Assembly: GCF_009914755.1 (NCBI RefSeq)
Contig: NC_060930.1
Source of the DNA: the human T2T-CHM13v2.0 reference genome, Homo sapiens
Reading direction: 5' to 3' (one strand)
DNA length: 64,000 nucleotides
In this document: positions 1 to 13,962 of the stretch, piece by piece
Numbering within the stretch: the stretch's first letter is position 1
Layout: every line of letters starts with the position of its first letter
Program-made: the position numbers and the translations under genes
The notes under the pieces: generated by a model
The model's database searches: none
What the model was told of the DNA's origin: nothing
What the model saw: the letters and a program-made list of their open reading frames with translations, nothing else

Positions 1-339
1 GGGAAGCCCCACTCTGTCCAGCCAAGTGGAAGGTCCTGATGCACTCCCAACCCTGGAGTCAGCAGGAGGGAGGGTGGGGGAGCAGAGCCGTCCCCACCCA
101 CCAGCCATCCTCATGTCCAGGCTGGAGGATGAGGCTCTAACTCCCACTCTGTCATGACTTGTTCAGCCATGAGCAATTCACTTTCCTTCTCTGTGCTTTT
201 AACATTCTAGAATTTCACAAGAACATCACTGGAAGAGGGGTGATGGGAGCACGGGGGAGGCAGGAGGAAGGGGATGGGATATTGGGGTTGTGGAAGTAGG
301 GGCAGCAGCACGTCCCTGACCCCGAAAGCACACAGGAGT

Positions 340-532
340 TAGCATCAAAGTGACCTGGGCTCAAATCCCATCTCCACAATTTATTGACTATATCTTTACT
401 CCCTTACTTAACTTTCCGTAGCTTTTGTCTTCTTATTTGTAAAAGCAGTTTGCAAACCCAATTTGCAGAGTTATATGAGGATCAGAAGTAATGTACGCCA
501 AGCACTGGCATACAATATATACTCAATAAATC
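340..532 (+). mobile_element. MIR SINE
   Basis: acctgggctcaaatccc...ttacttaac...tgtaaaa...tgaggat...actcaataaa follows the MIR consensus order. Confidence 0.7.
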
Positions 533-1419
533 ATTTATATATATAGTGAATGCTTACATACTTTATTATTGTCTATCTTCTATTTATCTTTCTATCATCT
601 CTTACAGACTAACACCATCCATTCCACCCACCTCGCAGCAGGACCCCTCCTGGTGGCAGAAGATGAGCCGCCTGAGGGCACAGGTAGTTTTAGGGGTTGG
701 GGTCTCTGCCAGATGGGCAGAGGAGCCTTCCTATGGGATTTGTTCATTAGCCAGGAGCTTTAAGGTGGGGCTGGCCTAGCCTAGAGGTGCACCATCCTGA
801 TTTTGCCTGTGAATTACTAAAAGCAGCAGTGTAATTATCCTCCTTCCTCTGTCCTGCCCCAAGTCTGGGAGCAGCCAGGGCCTATGGGGACAATGAACAC
901 AGAACAGAGCCATTAATTGCACACCAGGGTCCCTGGAGGATGGCCATATGGGCCTGTCATCTTAGTGTGGAAGTAATCATGTAAATAAATCACGTGTGAG
1001 TAAATCACAGACTTATCTCATCTGTAATTTTCTGGGAGTCTCTCCAGCACTGTTTATTGAGGTGCATGGGTCTGAAGCCCCAGAAATTGGCTCACTCTCC
1101 TCCCTCTCCTGCTCCAGCTGGGGAGAGGCCATTCTGGGTGGCAGATGGGAGTGAGGCTGATGAGGAGTCGTCCCTGCTCTGCTGGGGTACATGCAGGTGC
1201 AGTGGAGGGTGAACCCCAAACGGGCACGGTAGGAGTAGGGGGGCTGTGTGAGTGAGTGGCCGTTGGCCAGTGTGTGCGTGTAGGTACGTATGTGAGTGTG
1301 ACTGTGCGTCCACTGGCCAGCGTGGAAGCAGCCCTGGGCATGTGAGCAGGGAAAAGGATTGACCTGAGGCTGTGAGCACCTGTGAACATGCACAGGTCGG
1401 GTGAACACTCGAATCAGCG

Positions 1420-1875
1420 TCCTTACAAAGGCCACATGGCCCTGTGGGGTCTGGCCCCACTGCCTCTCTGCCCCATCTCGCCCACCCTGCCCTGCACTCT
1501 GTGCTTCAGCCACCCTGGCCTCTTCGTTGCTCCTCAGAAACACTCCAGCCATGGAGGCTTTGCCCTGGCTCTTCCTTCTGCCTGGAGGGCCCTTCCCACA
1601 GACCTCAGTCCAGCTCCCCTTCAAGTCTTTCCTCAAATCCCACCTTCTCGGTGAGGCCTGCCCTGGACACGCTAGCTAATATTACAACTTACCCACCACC
1701 CCCAGCACCCTGCCATGTCTTGCCTGGGGTTTCTTTTTTGTGTGGCACTCACTGTCTCCCAGCACCCATATCATTTACTCATTTGTGGTGCCTGTTGCCC
1801 GTTTTCCTCTCATAAGGACCAGGATTGCCAGCTGTTTTGTTGACCGATGTGTTCTAAACATCTGGAACAGGAGCA
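1420..1875 (+). mobile_element. L2 LINE 3' fragment
   Basis: ctggcccc...ggctttgccctggctcttccttctgcctgga...ctcaaatcccaccttctcggtgaggcctgccctg is typical of the L2a 3' region. Confidence 0.7.
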
Positions 1876-2571
1876 TTTCTTTGCTAGCATAGCTGCCTCA
1901 GGTCTCTCATCTGCATGTAACGTGGGGAGGAGACAGAAGCCATCCAGGTCATAGGGCTGCTGGACAGGCTCAATGGTCGGATATCTAAAAGCACTGACAG
2001 CAGCCTTGGCACACTGTTCATTAGCTGTGAGCTCTTGTTATCATGCTCCACTGCAGCCTGGAAGTGAAGACTGCGTGAGTGATCCATGGAAGGATCTGGC
2101 ACAGCAGCAGGTATCCTAGGGAGGGGTCCTGATAAACACTTCCCGCCCCACTCCCACTCCACACCTTACAAGTTCTCAGGAAGAAAAATTTTCTGACCTT
2201 CCTCAGTCAAGGAACTCATATTTTGAGGGATCCCTTTGAGTTAATGAATTATTTATCAGGAAATTTATAAGATTTTTGGTTTTTTAAATCAAGGGAAAAA
2301 GCAAGCGAGGTCCCACCCCTGCCTAGCCTGGGGCTGCACAGCTCCGGGGTCCCATAGGTAACAGAGCATGACTGACAAGTACATCGTCTGGAGGGTATGA
2401 GAGTCGCTCAGACCATGCAGGACCTGGAGCTCTGGCCTGAGAGCTTCTCCCAGCTTTGCAACCCCTAACAGGCTATGAGACTGGGGTCAAGTCTTATCCC
2501 TTCTCTGGGTCTCTGCTTTTCCCTGACACCGTGAGGCATTCGAATTAAGCCATTTCTTAAGTAATTTCCAG

Positions 2572-2890
2572 ACTCATTCACTCATCCAAGAAATGTTTGT
2601 GGAGCTTATGTGACAGGCACTGCTCTAGGTGTCTGTGGGGATGGCAGTGACCCCCACTGATACAAGTCCCTGCCTTGTGGAATTGACATTCTCTGTGGGG
2701 ACAGAGCAAACAGTAAACACAATTGGTAACTGATTTAGTATGTTAGAAAGTGGACTGTGCTAAGGAAAAAAGAACAAGTAGGTAAGAGAGAAAAAGAAAG
2801 TGCTGAGGTTAGAGTGGGACAGCTCAGCTTTAAGTGGGTGGTCAGGCATCACCTCATTGAGCAGGTGAACTTTTGAGGTGAGGGAGACCT
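2572..2890 (-). mobile_element. L2 LINE 3' fragment
   Basis: cattcactcatccaagaaatgtttg...caggcactgctctagg...aagtccctgccttgtgga is the reverse complement of the L2 3' end. Confidence 0.7.
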
Positions 2891-3989
2891 TACATCCTAG
2901 GAATCTAAGAAGGTCAATGATTCCCAGCACTGCCGTGTTCCAGAGAGCACCGTTTGGGGTCTCTGGAGGCTTATCTCTTCTTTTTCTCCATCTCTGTGCA
3001 CACTGACCCCATGCCACCCAGTGGGTGATGGGACTGGAAGACAGATTGGCCACATTTGCAAGAGTGGTGAGTGATTTACCGCTGCCTTTATTCATACTCT
3101 GATATTTCATGGCTCCCGCAGCTCTGATGAGATAAATATGACCTCTTATTCTCCACTTTGCTTAAGACTCAGGGTCAACAGCCCAGCTGTGATCTATCTG
3201 TTGTTCCCTCTGCTGTATGTCCCCACACCAGGGAATCCCGTGACTGTCCGAGATTCACAGTGTCATCCTCCAGCTATACACGCCTGCCTGCCACTCAGCA
3301 CTGGGCCTGGGCCTGGGTGGGCCAGGGAGGCAGTGGCTGCAGTAGCTCTGGGGGGATGATGACTCATGTAGGGCAGACACTGAGCATTAAATCTCGCTCT
3401 TCCCCAGGCCTGTGCTGTCTCTAGGGCTGAACCACGACCCGGTTTCCTTTCAGTCTGGGAAGAGGCAGCAGTGGGAGGCAGAGCAGCCATGGTTCAAGTG
3501 GCAAGTTATAAATTAGAACACTCCAGGACATGGCCATCATCTTCCCAGCATGGAGAAGGGGTGGAAGGCATGCATCAGCCTGCCTGCCTCAGATGGAATC
3601 CCCCAGGCCCTTGAAGCAGCCGAGGCTCCCCTCTGCCTTCAAAGCAGCCGTGGCTTTATCAGACATCACCAGCACTGACGGAAGTTCTCCTACTTGTCTA
3701 GCTGAGAGCCCTCCCCTCCTGAAGCACCCACCTGTTTCCTCTTGTTCCTCCTTATGTGCAGGTGGGTGGGATGGGTGGGTCTGGTTCAGTCTCCCCCTCA
3801 TGGTGGTTCTGAGTGCCAGTAGGCTGATGGTTCCGGGGTTGTTAGTAGATTGGGCGACCAGGAAGGGGACAGGGTTGAAGGAAATGGGCTCACTGGCCTC
3901 TATTTTGAAGACATTACCTATGACTCCAAGACGCTCGTCTCACCCCCTCAATCCTAACTCATGTCCTGGGAGGAAGAGGAACAGGCAGG

Positions 3990-4440
3990 AGCTCTTTGGA
4001 GCACAACAGGCCTGGGTTTGAATCTGGCCCTGCCAGCTCCTAGCTGGGAGGCCTCGGGCAGCTTACATACCCTCTCTTCTCCCTGCAATTCCTAACCTAG
4101 GAAAGAATCGTAACCCTGCCTCCCAGGGGGCTATGAAGGTGCCTGGTGCAGTGGGGCCCACACTGTGGGCACTCAGAAGCTAGCTGCGCACTATTGAGGC
4201 CTCAAGATGCTGCAGACCTTGAAGCCAGTCTGCTTGGCTTCAAATTCCAGCTGGGACACCTCGGGCAGGCTTCTTCACCAGGCCATGCCTCAGTTCCCCC
4301 CTCCTCCCCGCCGTAAAATCAAGGTAATACCAGCACCTTTTTTGTCAGGATGTTGAAATAATTAAATGAGCTAATAAACAGAAACCATGTAGAACAGTAC
4401 GTGGCATGGAATAATTTCTCAGAAAGGTTGACTCTTATTA
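3990..4440 (+). mobile_element. Two adjacent MIR fragments
   Basis: cctgggtttgaatctggccctgcc... and gcctcagttcccc...gtaaaat...attaaatgagctaata. Confidence 0.65.
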
Positions 4441-5107
4441 CCCTTATCTTTATTGGAGGAGAAACCGCCTGCATTTACTTAGCACTTTTGACCTAATTCC
4501 ATCCATTGGCTTTGTGATTTATAACCCATTTATTTCCAATCAAAGAAATGCAATGACTTGAAACATTAAAACATATAAAATCGGACACGCAAAATTTGTT
4601 AATGTTTTATTGAAGATTGAAAATCAATAAAAAGGCTTGAGTGAGAAGCTTGGCCCCCCCAGGCGGGGTCACTGTGACACCCAGAGGATGACTTCAGTTA
4701 TAAACCCCACGTGACCACAGAGCTGAACACGGCCCTGGGCCACTCTCTTTTGGGAACAGCCTAGAGAGGAGGCAGCAAGATGGTTCCGGACAATGTGAGG
4801 GGAGTGGCTTTGTTGGGGTACTCTGTGTGGGAGTTGGCACCACAGGAGACTAGGGAGAGCTGAGGCTGCCTTCAAATGTGGGGCACCTTCAGCTTCAGAG
4901 GAGCTTCTTCAGCCCACTTTGGTCCACACAGGACACATTCAGTGTACTGCCCACTGCCAGACCCCACATCTGCAAAGAGACATCACAAACCCTGCACACA
5001 TCTGAGGCAAGGGACCAGAGACCCACCCCAGACAACTTTCTGCTCCAGAGACAGAAAAACATGCCAGTCTTTCCCCGCAATGCCTCCTGTGCCTCCTCGC
5101 TGATTGA

Positions 5108-5506
<399 letters not shown>

Positions 5507-5892
5507 TAGGTCAGTTCCCCAGGACCTGCTCTAGCATATATTTGCACAGCATTTATCACAGCTGTAGCTACTGAATCGGTGAAGACCTCCCAGAATAGTT
5601 GTTTAACGTTTGTCTGCCTGGGAGATGCGAGTTGCAGGAGGGCAGAAATGCCTTGTTTGTAGCTGCCCTGCCCATGTGTGGCCCAGACTTGAGTTGTAAA
5701 CTTAAACACCTCTTGAATGACTAAAGGTAAAGGCAAGGATGGAGGAAGGCAGGGAGGTAGGATGTTGAATCTGAACAAATAGCACTGGGTGAAACTGAGA
5801 ATTATGTTCAAAAATTAACTGAACATATTACAGAAAAAGAATTAGTTTTATGCCTAATAAGGATGAAGGCAGAATCTGAAGGTTGGAGGTAG

Positions 5893-6304
<412 letters not shown>

Positions 6305-7829
6305 TGAGGTCAGCCAACATCCCAAGGGGGTGGCGGGAATGAGGGGTGGTGGGTGGGAGGAGTGGTGGGCACCACAAGGATTCACAGAAAGGAGAGCGTT
6401 GGCCTGGATGAGCTTGAACTGACCTTTTCTTACACTGGACTTTTTTTGGTTTGAGAGTAGCAAGCATGAGCCCCATTTTAAAGACAGAAGAACCAAGTCC
6501 AAGAGAGTTGCAATAAATAAGCAACTGGACTGGTCCCAGGGACTTTGACTCTGTCTTTCCTCTCCCTGACTCTCCCAAGCCCTTGGCAATAAGTCCACAC
6601 AGGAGAACTGAGCTTTGAGGTCACCTCGTGACCCCTCCTGACCCCCTTCCTCCTTCTCCTGCTAGGGCATCCACTGTGCCCTCCCTCGGGTCAGCATCCA
6701 CTGTTCGCCAGTCCCAGGAAAAAACCCACTTCGCCATCTCCCAGGTTTCTGCCCATTAAATGTGCAAAGAAACCCATCTTTAATGGTGGAATTCCCGGCC
6801 CTCCGAACTGTGAAGGAAGCATTTTTAAACAGGGTTCTGTTCTTAGGCCTGTTCTAGTCAGGGTGGGGAAGAATAGGGCTTGGGTCTAAACCTGGGCGCT
6901 CCTGCTTTCCTGGCCTGGGAGAAGTAGCTCCCCACCCATTCCCTTTTGCTGCAGGACAGAAGCTTCCTTCCAGCCCCCGGCCCCTGAGGGAAGAGACTGC
7001 TGAGCACCAGCCAAGCCAACCCAGGAATCTTCAAAGCCTCCCTGTTCCACTCAGACCTTTTTCCTAGCAACAATCAAAGCTTGAGGGAGGAGAGCAAAGC
7101 AGCCTTGGGAAGCAGCCCTTGGCACTGGCTCACACGCGGTGGCATTTTGACGGGTGGTAAAAATATCTGGTGTTCAGTGCCGGCTGCCGCTGCTGCCACC
7201 ATCTCAGCTTCCAAGATCCTGTCTCCATGCTCAGTGCCTCGGCAGCCTCCCGACCTGTCCACGCACACCTTGGGAGTCAGAGCACAGGTCACTGAGCCCC
7301 TGACCAAGGGCCACATTCATGTATGACAACTGCCACCTTCATTGCCAGGGCCAGGCACCAGCCAAAAATGCACTTATGAGCTACTAGAGTAGGTGATTTA
7401 TTGTCAGAAATGCCACAGCACACACCTAATGAGCTAATTAAGCAAAAATATAAATAATTACTCCCTATCAGAGTACAAGGTTGTGGGGTAGAGGGGGTGG
7501 GGAATGCTGACAGAGGAGCTGGGTCAGTGATGGCGTGGGATGCTCTGCTCTGCAGGGGGAGATCCAAAACTCCTCTCCACTCACGGCTATGAGTTGGGCC
7601 TCAGTGAGGTTCCTAGGCTGGGCAGACATAGGCCCAAGGATTCTGCCAGAAAAATCATGACAACATGCTGCTTTGTTCCCTACCTAAGTACTTCCTGCTC
7701 ACTCACAGGCGCACACCCTAATCTCCTCCTGCCCCAAGTGGGAGAGAAAGAAGGGGTCCTTCTCCCATTTTATGGATGTGAACATTCAGGAGCAACAGGG
7801 TCTCAAGATACAGCTAAAACTCTGCAACC

Positions 7830-8470
7830 ATCCCGTAACTGGTCTCCCTGATGCTATCCCTGCCTGCTGCGGTATATTCTCCAACCAGCAGCAGAATCTT
7901 CTTTCTTAATCACATCATGCCAGTCTCCTACTTTCAAATCTCCCCAGCCCCAGCCCCAGAGGTTTCCGTCTCATTCAAGATAAAATCCGAGGCCTCATCG
8001 TGGCCAGCAAGGGCCTATGTAATCTAGCCCTGTCCAGTCTTCTCACTCATTCACTGCCACTCTTCCTCCAGAGGCACTGGAGTCCTTGCCACTTCTCCAA
8101 CAGGATGAATGCATCCCTCCCCAGGGCCTCTGTATGTGCTGTTTCACCTGCCTGACTCTTTCACTCCATTCAGGTCTCCACTCCAACATCACTCCTTACA
8201 GAGGCGATTCCTAACCACCCATATAAAACTGTAGCCCTCTGGTCTCGGTCTCGTTACACTGCTTATTTTTCTTCCTCGTGTACATTTTTGAACTTTTCAT
8301 CTCTCCCCCCAGTAAGAATGTAAGCTCCTTGATATTCAAGGCCACCCATACTTTTCCCTGTTCCCACCTCTGCCTTCCTATCACTTCCCTAGGCAAGAGC
8401 TGTGCCTGTCTTTTCCCAATCCTGAGGTCTTGACCAGACAATAAATATTTATTGACTGAATAAATGAATA
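7830..8470 (+). mobile_element. L2 LINE 3' region
   Basis: ataaaatcc...ccagggcctctgtatgtgctgtttc...agaatgtaagctccttga...aataaatatttattgactgaataaatgaa tail. Confidence 0.7.
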
Positions 8471-8559
8471 TCTGGTTCCAAATACAGAGTTTTCCTCACC
8501 CCAGGTCATTCTTCCCCTCAGAACTAGACCCTGGCTTCTCATCAGCAACAGGAGGAAGC

Positions 8560-8780
8560 CCAAAGTCAGGACAGCACTTGTTCCAAGCTCAAGCTCCCCT
8601 GCCTCCAAGCTGTGAGACCTTGCAAGTCACGCCACCTCCCTATGGCTCAGAGTCCTCATCTGTCAAGTGGCAATCATGGATCACACCTCATAGGGTTAAC
8701 ATGAGTCCAAATAAGAAAACATGCAGAACAGCTTTAGAACAGTACCTGGAGTGCAGTAAGGGCTCAGAAACATAGCTACT
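8560..8780 (+). mobile_element. MIR SINE
   Basis: gctgtgagaccttgcaagtcac...ctcatctgtcaagtgg...cctcatagggtt...ttagaacagtacctgg. Confidence 0.7.
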
Positions 8781-8850
8781 TTGTGTGACATTCAAGGCTA
8801 TCCATACTCTGCCCTCTTCCAACCTCTGCATTCCTATCCTTTTCCTAGAC

Positions 8851-9039
8851 CAGTGATTCTCAAAGTAAAGTCCCAAGACCAGCAGCATCAGCATCCCGGA
8901 GAGAATGTATTAGAAGTGCAAATTCTCAGGCTCCACTCGGTACCTACTGAATTACAAACTCAAGGGGCAGGGTCTTGCACTTGTGTGTTCACAAGCCTGC
9001 CAGGTGATTCTCATGCTTGCTCAGGTTTGAGAACCACTG
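8851..9039 (+). mobile_element. MER5A hAT-Charlie MITE, full length
   Basis: TIRs CAGTGATTCTCAAA ... TTTGAGAACCACTG. Internal agcagcatcagcatc and gcaaattctcaggc match MER5A. Confidence 0.9.
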
Positions 9040-9089
9040 CCCTCTAAGGGGGCTTTCTGCCAGGAAAGTCAAGTGTCGCAAATTATTGG

Positions 9090-9551
9090 TCCTGTTTCTT
9101 TACCAGCCTGTGATACAGCAGCACCTCCACAGCCTTTCATGGATTGATGCTGAGCACAGTTCATTCCCTGCACCTTGCCTTTGGGCTTGGCCATGTAACT
9201 TGCTGTGGCCAGCGGGATTTTGCAGGTGTGATACCAACAGAAGCTTGACGTTCATTTCTGCAGGTGGGCTTGCCTTCCTGCATTTCTGCTATCACCATGA
9301 GAAGAACATACCTGGAGAACCACTACCCCTCTCCTGGGGCTCCAGGATGAGATACACAGAGAAGATTGAAATCAGAACTGGAGCCTGAAGCCAAGTGCAG
9401 TCCTGCCCAGCCCAGCCCAGGCCAGACCAGTTCAACTCCAGCCAACCTGCGGAGCTATGACTAAGGAAATTCAATATTCTTGGATGTAAGCCACCTAGAG
9501 TTTGAGGTTCTTTGTTATGCAACATGGTTGTGGCAGCAGCTGATGAATACA
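9090..9551 (+). mobile_element. MLT1 (old MaLR) solo LTR
   Basis: ggccatgtaacttgctgtggcc...taagccac...tttgttatgcaaca...tgatgaataca 3' end. Confidence 0.7.
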
Positions 9552-10695
9552 CCAGGGGCCCTCACAGGCCTTTGACTGGGCCTGATCATTCCTGCCTCTG
9601 TCTCTGTCTTCATTGGTTTCACCCAAAACAGCTACCACCCCCTCACCCTGACCCCGCACAGCCTCCTTCCTTCCAAATCCCACCTTAACCCCAGGACACA
9701 GCTTACACTCCACTCTACCTGCTCTCATAGCCCCCCAGAATATGTTCCTCTCAAGCCAGGCAGTTAGCTCATGGAAAAGCCCAAGTGGACTAATTTCACC
9801 AAGCAATTCATTTACGTTTTAACCTTTTGGGGGGCTAATTGCTAAACTGAGAAGCTCCTTTACTTAGTACCATTACTGACTAATGACCTAGTGCAAAGGT
9901 TTGGTGTTTAACAGATCTCTTCCATGCTTCATTTCCTGCCGCTCACCTCCTTTACAATGCAATCGGAGTTCATTCGCATATCTGGATCAGCACTCTTAAC
10001 CACAGCATCAGCCCCACAGCCGCAGAGCACAGCGGAGCCCACCTTTGGAGCCCACCCCTGCTGGAAATAGCTCTCTTTTGTAAAGAGTTAACGAGCTCGT
10101 TCATCCACAGTGCTTGGCTGCATGGCCCTGCATTCACCCCGGGGTGGCCCATCGCGTCCTGTGGTTTTGTGCCATTCTTCCTGCCCCACCTCTGAGACCC
10201 TGAAGATGGTGGACATTAATTTGACTTCTTGTTGTGATCCCTTCTGTCACCCACAGGGTGCCCACTCCCATCACACACATTCATGCCAGACCATAGGCCT
10301 AATTGTCAAGAAGTAAGCTTCCCTCTTTGCTTTGCTCTGTGTCTCCAGAGATGAGAAAAGAACACTCACAGACAGGCAGGAAAGCAGCCCCATCAGCTTC
10401 CCCCCCAGGCTGGCCTCAGCCACAAACTGGCTACTGGTTGCTGGGACTGTGTGGGCAGGTGCCAAGAAATGCTCACAGCAGCGATGCTTTCGCCCATGCA
10501 GCTCTGTGGCCATCATACGCCTCCCCAACATCCATTCCCCACTTCTAACTTCCCGGCAGAACGTTATTTTATCTAATGGGGAGCAACATGCGTGAACAGA
10601 CAATCGCCTTCCTCAGCCTCCAATGTGCACTGGAGGAAATACAATAAGCTAGCAGCAAAAGTCAGTGGGTGGGATTCTTTAAAGTGGTTGGTGCC

Positions 10696-11000
10696 TGTCT
10701 TAGTTTGGGTTTCCCAGATGCAGACCCTGAGACAAGGATTTGAATACAAGTAGTTTATTTGGGAGGTGGGCTCAGGAAACTGTGGTAAGGAAGTGTGGAA
10801 GGAAGTCAGCACAGGGCATTTTGCTAAGCAAGTTACCACTGTGGGCAATGAGGCCCACCCCTAATGGGAGCCCCTGGGAGTGAGCATAGACCATGTATCT
10901 GCCTTTCTCCAAGGCTGAGGAAGCTGGGGTATTAATCCTCCAAACTCTGTTAAAGGCTGAGGGCTGATCCCAGGGTTGGCGACTCCTCTGTGGATAGGCC
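10696..11000 (-). mobile_element. LTR16-family (ERVL) LTR fragment
   Basis: tgtcttagtttgggtttcccag...gaccctgagacaaggatttgaatacaagtagtttatttgggagg is the reverse complement of the LTR16 3' end. Confidence 0.75.
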
Positions 11001-11155
11001 ACACCAGAGAAAGTCCCCAGGTAGAGAATGTGAGCAAGAGCAAGAGCAGTGAGCCACACATTAAGAATAATGCAATTGACCTGCTTCAGTCCCTGACTCC
11101 ATGGAGCTCCCATACCAGCTCTGAACTACCTCCTTCTGGAATGCTTTGACAGAAT

Positions 11156-11732
11156 TGTGAACTCACAAAAGTATCTGATAGGTCTCAATCCATTTAGAAA
11201 GTTTATTTTGCCAAGGTTAAGGACATGCCCATGATGCAGCCTCAGGGGGTCCTGGAGACACGTGCCCAAGGTAGTCTGGGTGCAGCTTGCTTTTATACAT
11301 TTGAGGGAGACCTAATACATCAATCAATACATGTAAGATGTACATCAGTTCAAACTGGAAAGGCAAGAGGTGGGTCGCTTTGAGGTAATAGGTAGATTTA
11401 AAGATGTTCTGATTGGCAATTGGCTGAGTTATTATCAATAAAAAGGAGTGTCTGGGTAACAATAAAGAGTAGTGGAGACCAAGGTTTTATCATGCAGATG
11501 AAGCCTCCAGGTAGCAGGATTCAGAGAAAATAGATTGTAAATGTTTCTTATCAGACTTAAAGAGTCTGTTCTGTCAGTAATTCCAAAAGAGAGGAGGGTA
11601 TAATGAGGCACATGTGGCTCCTCATTCCTATCATGGCCAAGTTTTTTCAGGTTAACTTTGGAATGCTCTTGACTGAATGGAGGGGTTCATTCAATTGGTT
11701 GGTGGGCCTTAGAATTTTATTTTTGGTTTTCA
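11156..11732 (-). mobile_element. MER4A-like ERV1 solo LTR
   Basis: TG...CA termini. Perfect 4-bp TSD GAAT (11152-11155 / 11733-11736). Minus strand starts TGAAAACCAAAAATAAAATTCTAAGG, like MER4A. Confidence 0.88.
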
Positions 11733-12245
11733 GAATGACGGAAATAACCCCCAAATTTGGAAAAGTCAGATTTCTGCTACTAGAAGCACTTCACACTTTA
11801 TGAAGATGTTCTTCTTTCACGCTTTGTCATCTCTTTCCAATGTTACAACAACCTGGTGAGTTATCATTATCTCCATTTAGCAGGTGAGGAGCCTGAGGTT
11901 CAGACAAGTAAAGAGAAGGGAGATCTCAAGAGCCCATGTCTGGAGCCCCTGATTCCATCTTTCTTATAGTAATCACTCAGACTCAGCTGAGGGGTAAAAA
12001 AAATGGCTCCAGTGAGCTGAAATGCACATGGTGTTTTGTTTCCAAAGTGTTTCCACATATGTTATCTCTTTGGAGATAACCCCATAGAGAAAAGATTTTT
12101 TCTTCCAATGTTAGATGAAGCAAATCTCAAAGAGATGAGTAGTGCATGGTAGAGCTGGGATTGAACCCAGGCCTTCTGGCTTCTTCCCTCACTAGCAGTT
12201 TGGAGACCAATTCCCTAGCTGTGGATTTACAGAAACTCTGTCTAC

Positions 12246-12428
12246 CAGTGCTGTCCAAACCCCTGATTTCACTGGGCATGATGCTGAATGCATGTCAAAA
12301 TCACTGGGAGAGCCTTAAAAACGAGAATATCCAGGCACCAACCCAAGCTGACTCAGAATCCCTTTTTTGGTGGGGGGATGCCACTACTCAAGGGGTTCCA
12401 AAACACAGTCAGGGTTGGGAAACATGGG
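12246..12428. mobile_element. MER5B-like hAT MITE
   Basis: cagtgctgtccaaac...aatcactgggagagccttaaaa...cagggttgggaaac. Confidence 0.5.
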
Positions 12429-13510
12429 TGGTAGGAAGCCCTGGACTCGGGGTCAGAATGCCTGAGTTCCATACCTTCCCCACTCCTGGTCTGACCTGGG
12501 CTGTTAATGAGGCTGAATAGAGCTGGGTTCTGTGAATACGCACACGCCTGGGAAAGTTCAGTTGTGAGATAAGTGTTTGGTGTTGTTTTGATGGCCACCA
12601 CTACAGCATTGTCCCCAAGTCCCAGGCACTCTTCCAGGCCTAACCCCATCCCTCTGTAAGCCCTTTTTGGTGTTTTCCTGGTATGGAATAAACGATATCC
12701 TCACTCCCATCTCCAAACTAACCAAACGTATGTACAATTAATTGGACTGGTTCTCTTGTTATCTCTTACTGGAGGGGGAAAAAGCTTCATTTCAGAAAAG
12801 AGGGAGACTGGATACTGTAATCTCTTTACTCTTGCTAATTACTTTTTATCTTTGGAGCTCTCTCCAGCCACAGCTTTTGGAAATTGAGAAGGGAATAACA
12901 TGTGGAGAAATTAGTCACCTCTGAACAGATGCTCTGAAGCTTTTTGAATCCCAGTGGTGTCACCTTCTTGAGGACAGTGAGAGAGGCAGGATGTGGGGAT
13001 AGTAATATGATTTGAGATGCTCTTAGAAGGTGCCCTGAAAAACATCTCCCCTATGCACAAACCTCCTGTGGGTTTTCAAACTCCACCATCAGGGATTCAC
13101 TCCTTTGGGTCTTTCAGAACTCCCAATTGAAGTGAAAATATTTCTGAAAGGGGTTATACCTTATACCTTGATCCCTTAAAACCTCATCAGATCACTTTCC
13201 AAGTTTACAGCTCTGTTGGTTTTGAAAAATGGAGACAGAAGAGGCAGGCTGGGGAATAGGGACTAGAAGACAGGACCAAGAAGAAAAAGTGGGCAGGCTC
13301 CTAGTAATCATAAGTACTCTCAGCTAACCAGTATGCCGCTGTTAACTATGAAGAACGCTCTTTCAAATACATGAGCTCTTTCAGTCCTCACCACAATCCT
13401 ATGAAATATGCAGAAAGGAATCTCTGTTCTCATTTTACATATAAGAAAATAAAGATGGAGAGCAATAAAGTGATTTTCCCATTGTCCCAGGACTAGTAAA
13501 TGATGGAGTT

Positions 13511-13962
13511 GTGTGGATGTGCTACCTGCCTTCCTATCTTCTCTGCATCACTGAGGGTGCATTGTGCCTAACTTGGAAAAAATAACCCTACATTTCCTAG
13601 CTTCCTTTGCAGAAATGTGTGCCCAGTGAAATGCAAGGAGAAGTTATTGGATGGGGATTCTGAGAAACTCCCCACTTTGCTTTCTTGCCCTTCTTGTTTC
13701 CATCTTTCCTATTGCATAAAAGGGCGATGGGATCACTGGTGCTCTAGCAACAATTTTGTGCTTTTAAGTGACCTTAAGGACAGAAACTGTGTGCTGAGGA
13801 TGGTAGGACAGAAAGACAGAAGGAACTGGGCTCCTGATGACCATGCTACCCAGAAAACCAGTCCTAAATTCCCTTCCACTGGTCTTCTTTTACATGAGAT
13901 GTTATAAACCCTTATGAGTTTAAGTCATACTAGTTGAGTTTTCTGTTCATCCTAATCACTAC
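13511..13962 (+). mobile_element. MLT1 (J/K-like) solo LTR inserted into a minus-strand MIR (~13340-13990)
   Basis: catttcctagcttcctttgca...aggatggtaggacagaaagacagaaggaactggg...tttaagtca. MIR resumes after it (ctggacttctgactccagag). Confidence 0.65.

Noticed and set aside
1013-1636. 207-aa ORF, and similar 130-180 aa ORFs at 3530, 14786, 28510 and 30999
   Set aside because: They span L2 or low-complexity DNA, have no domain features, and their lengths are within chance for GC-rich sequence.
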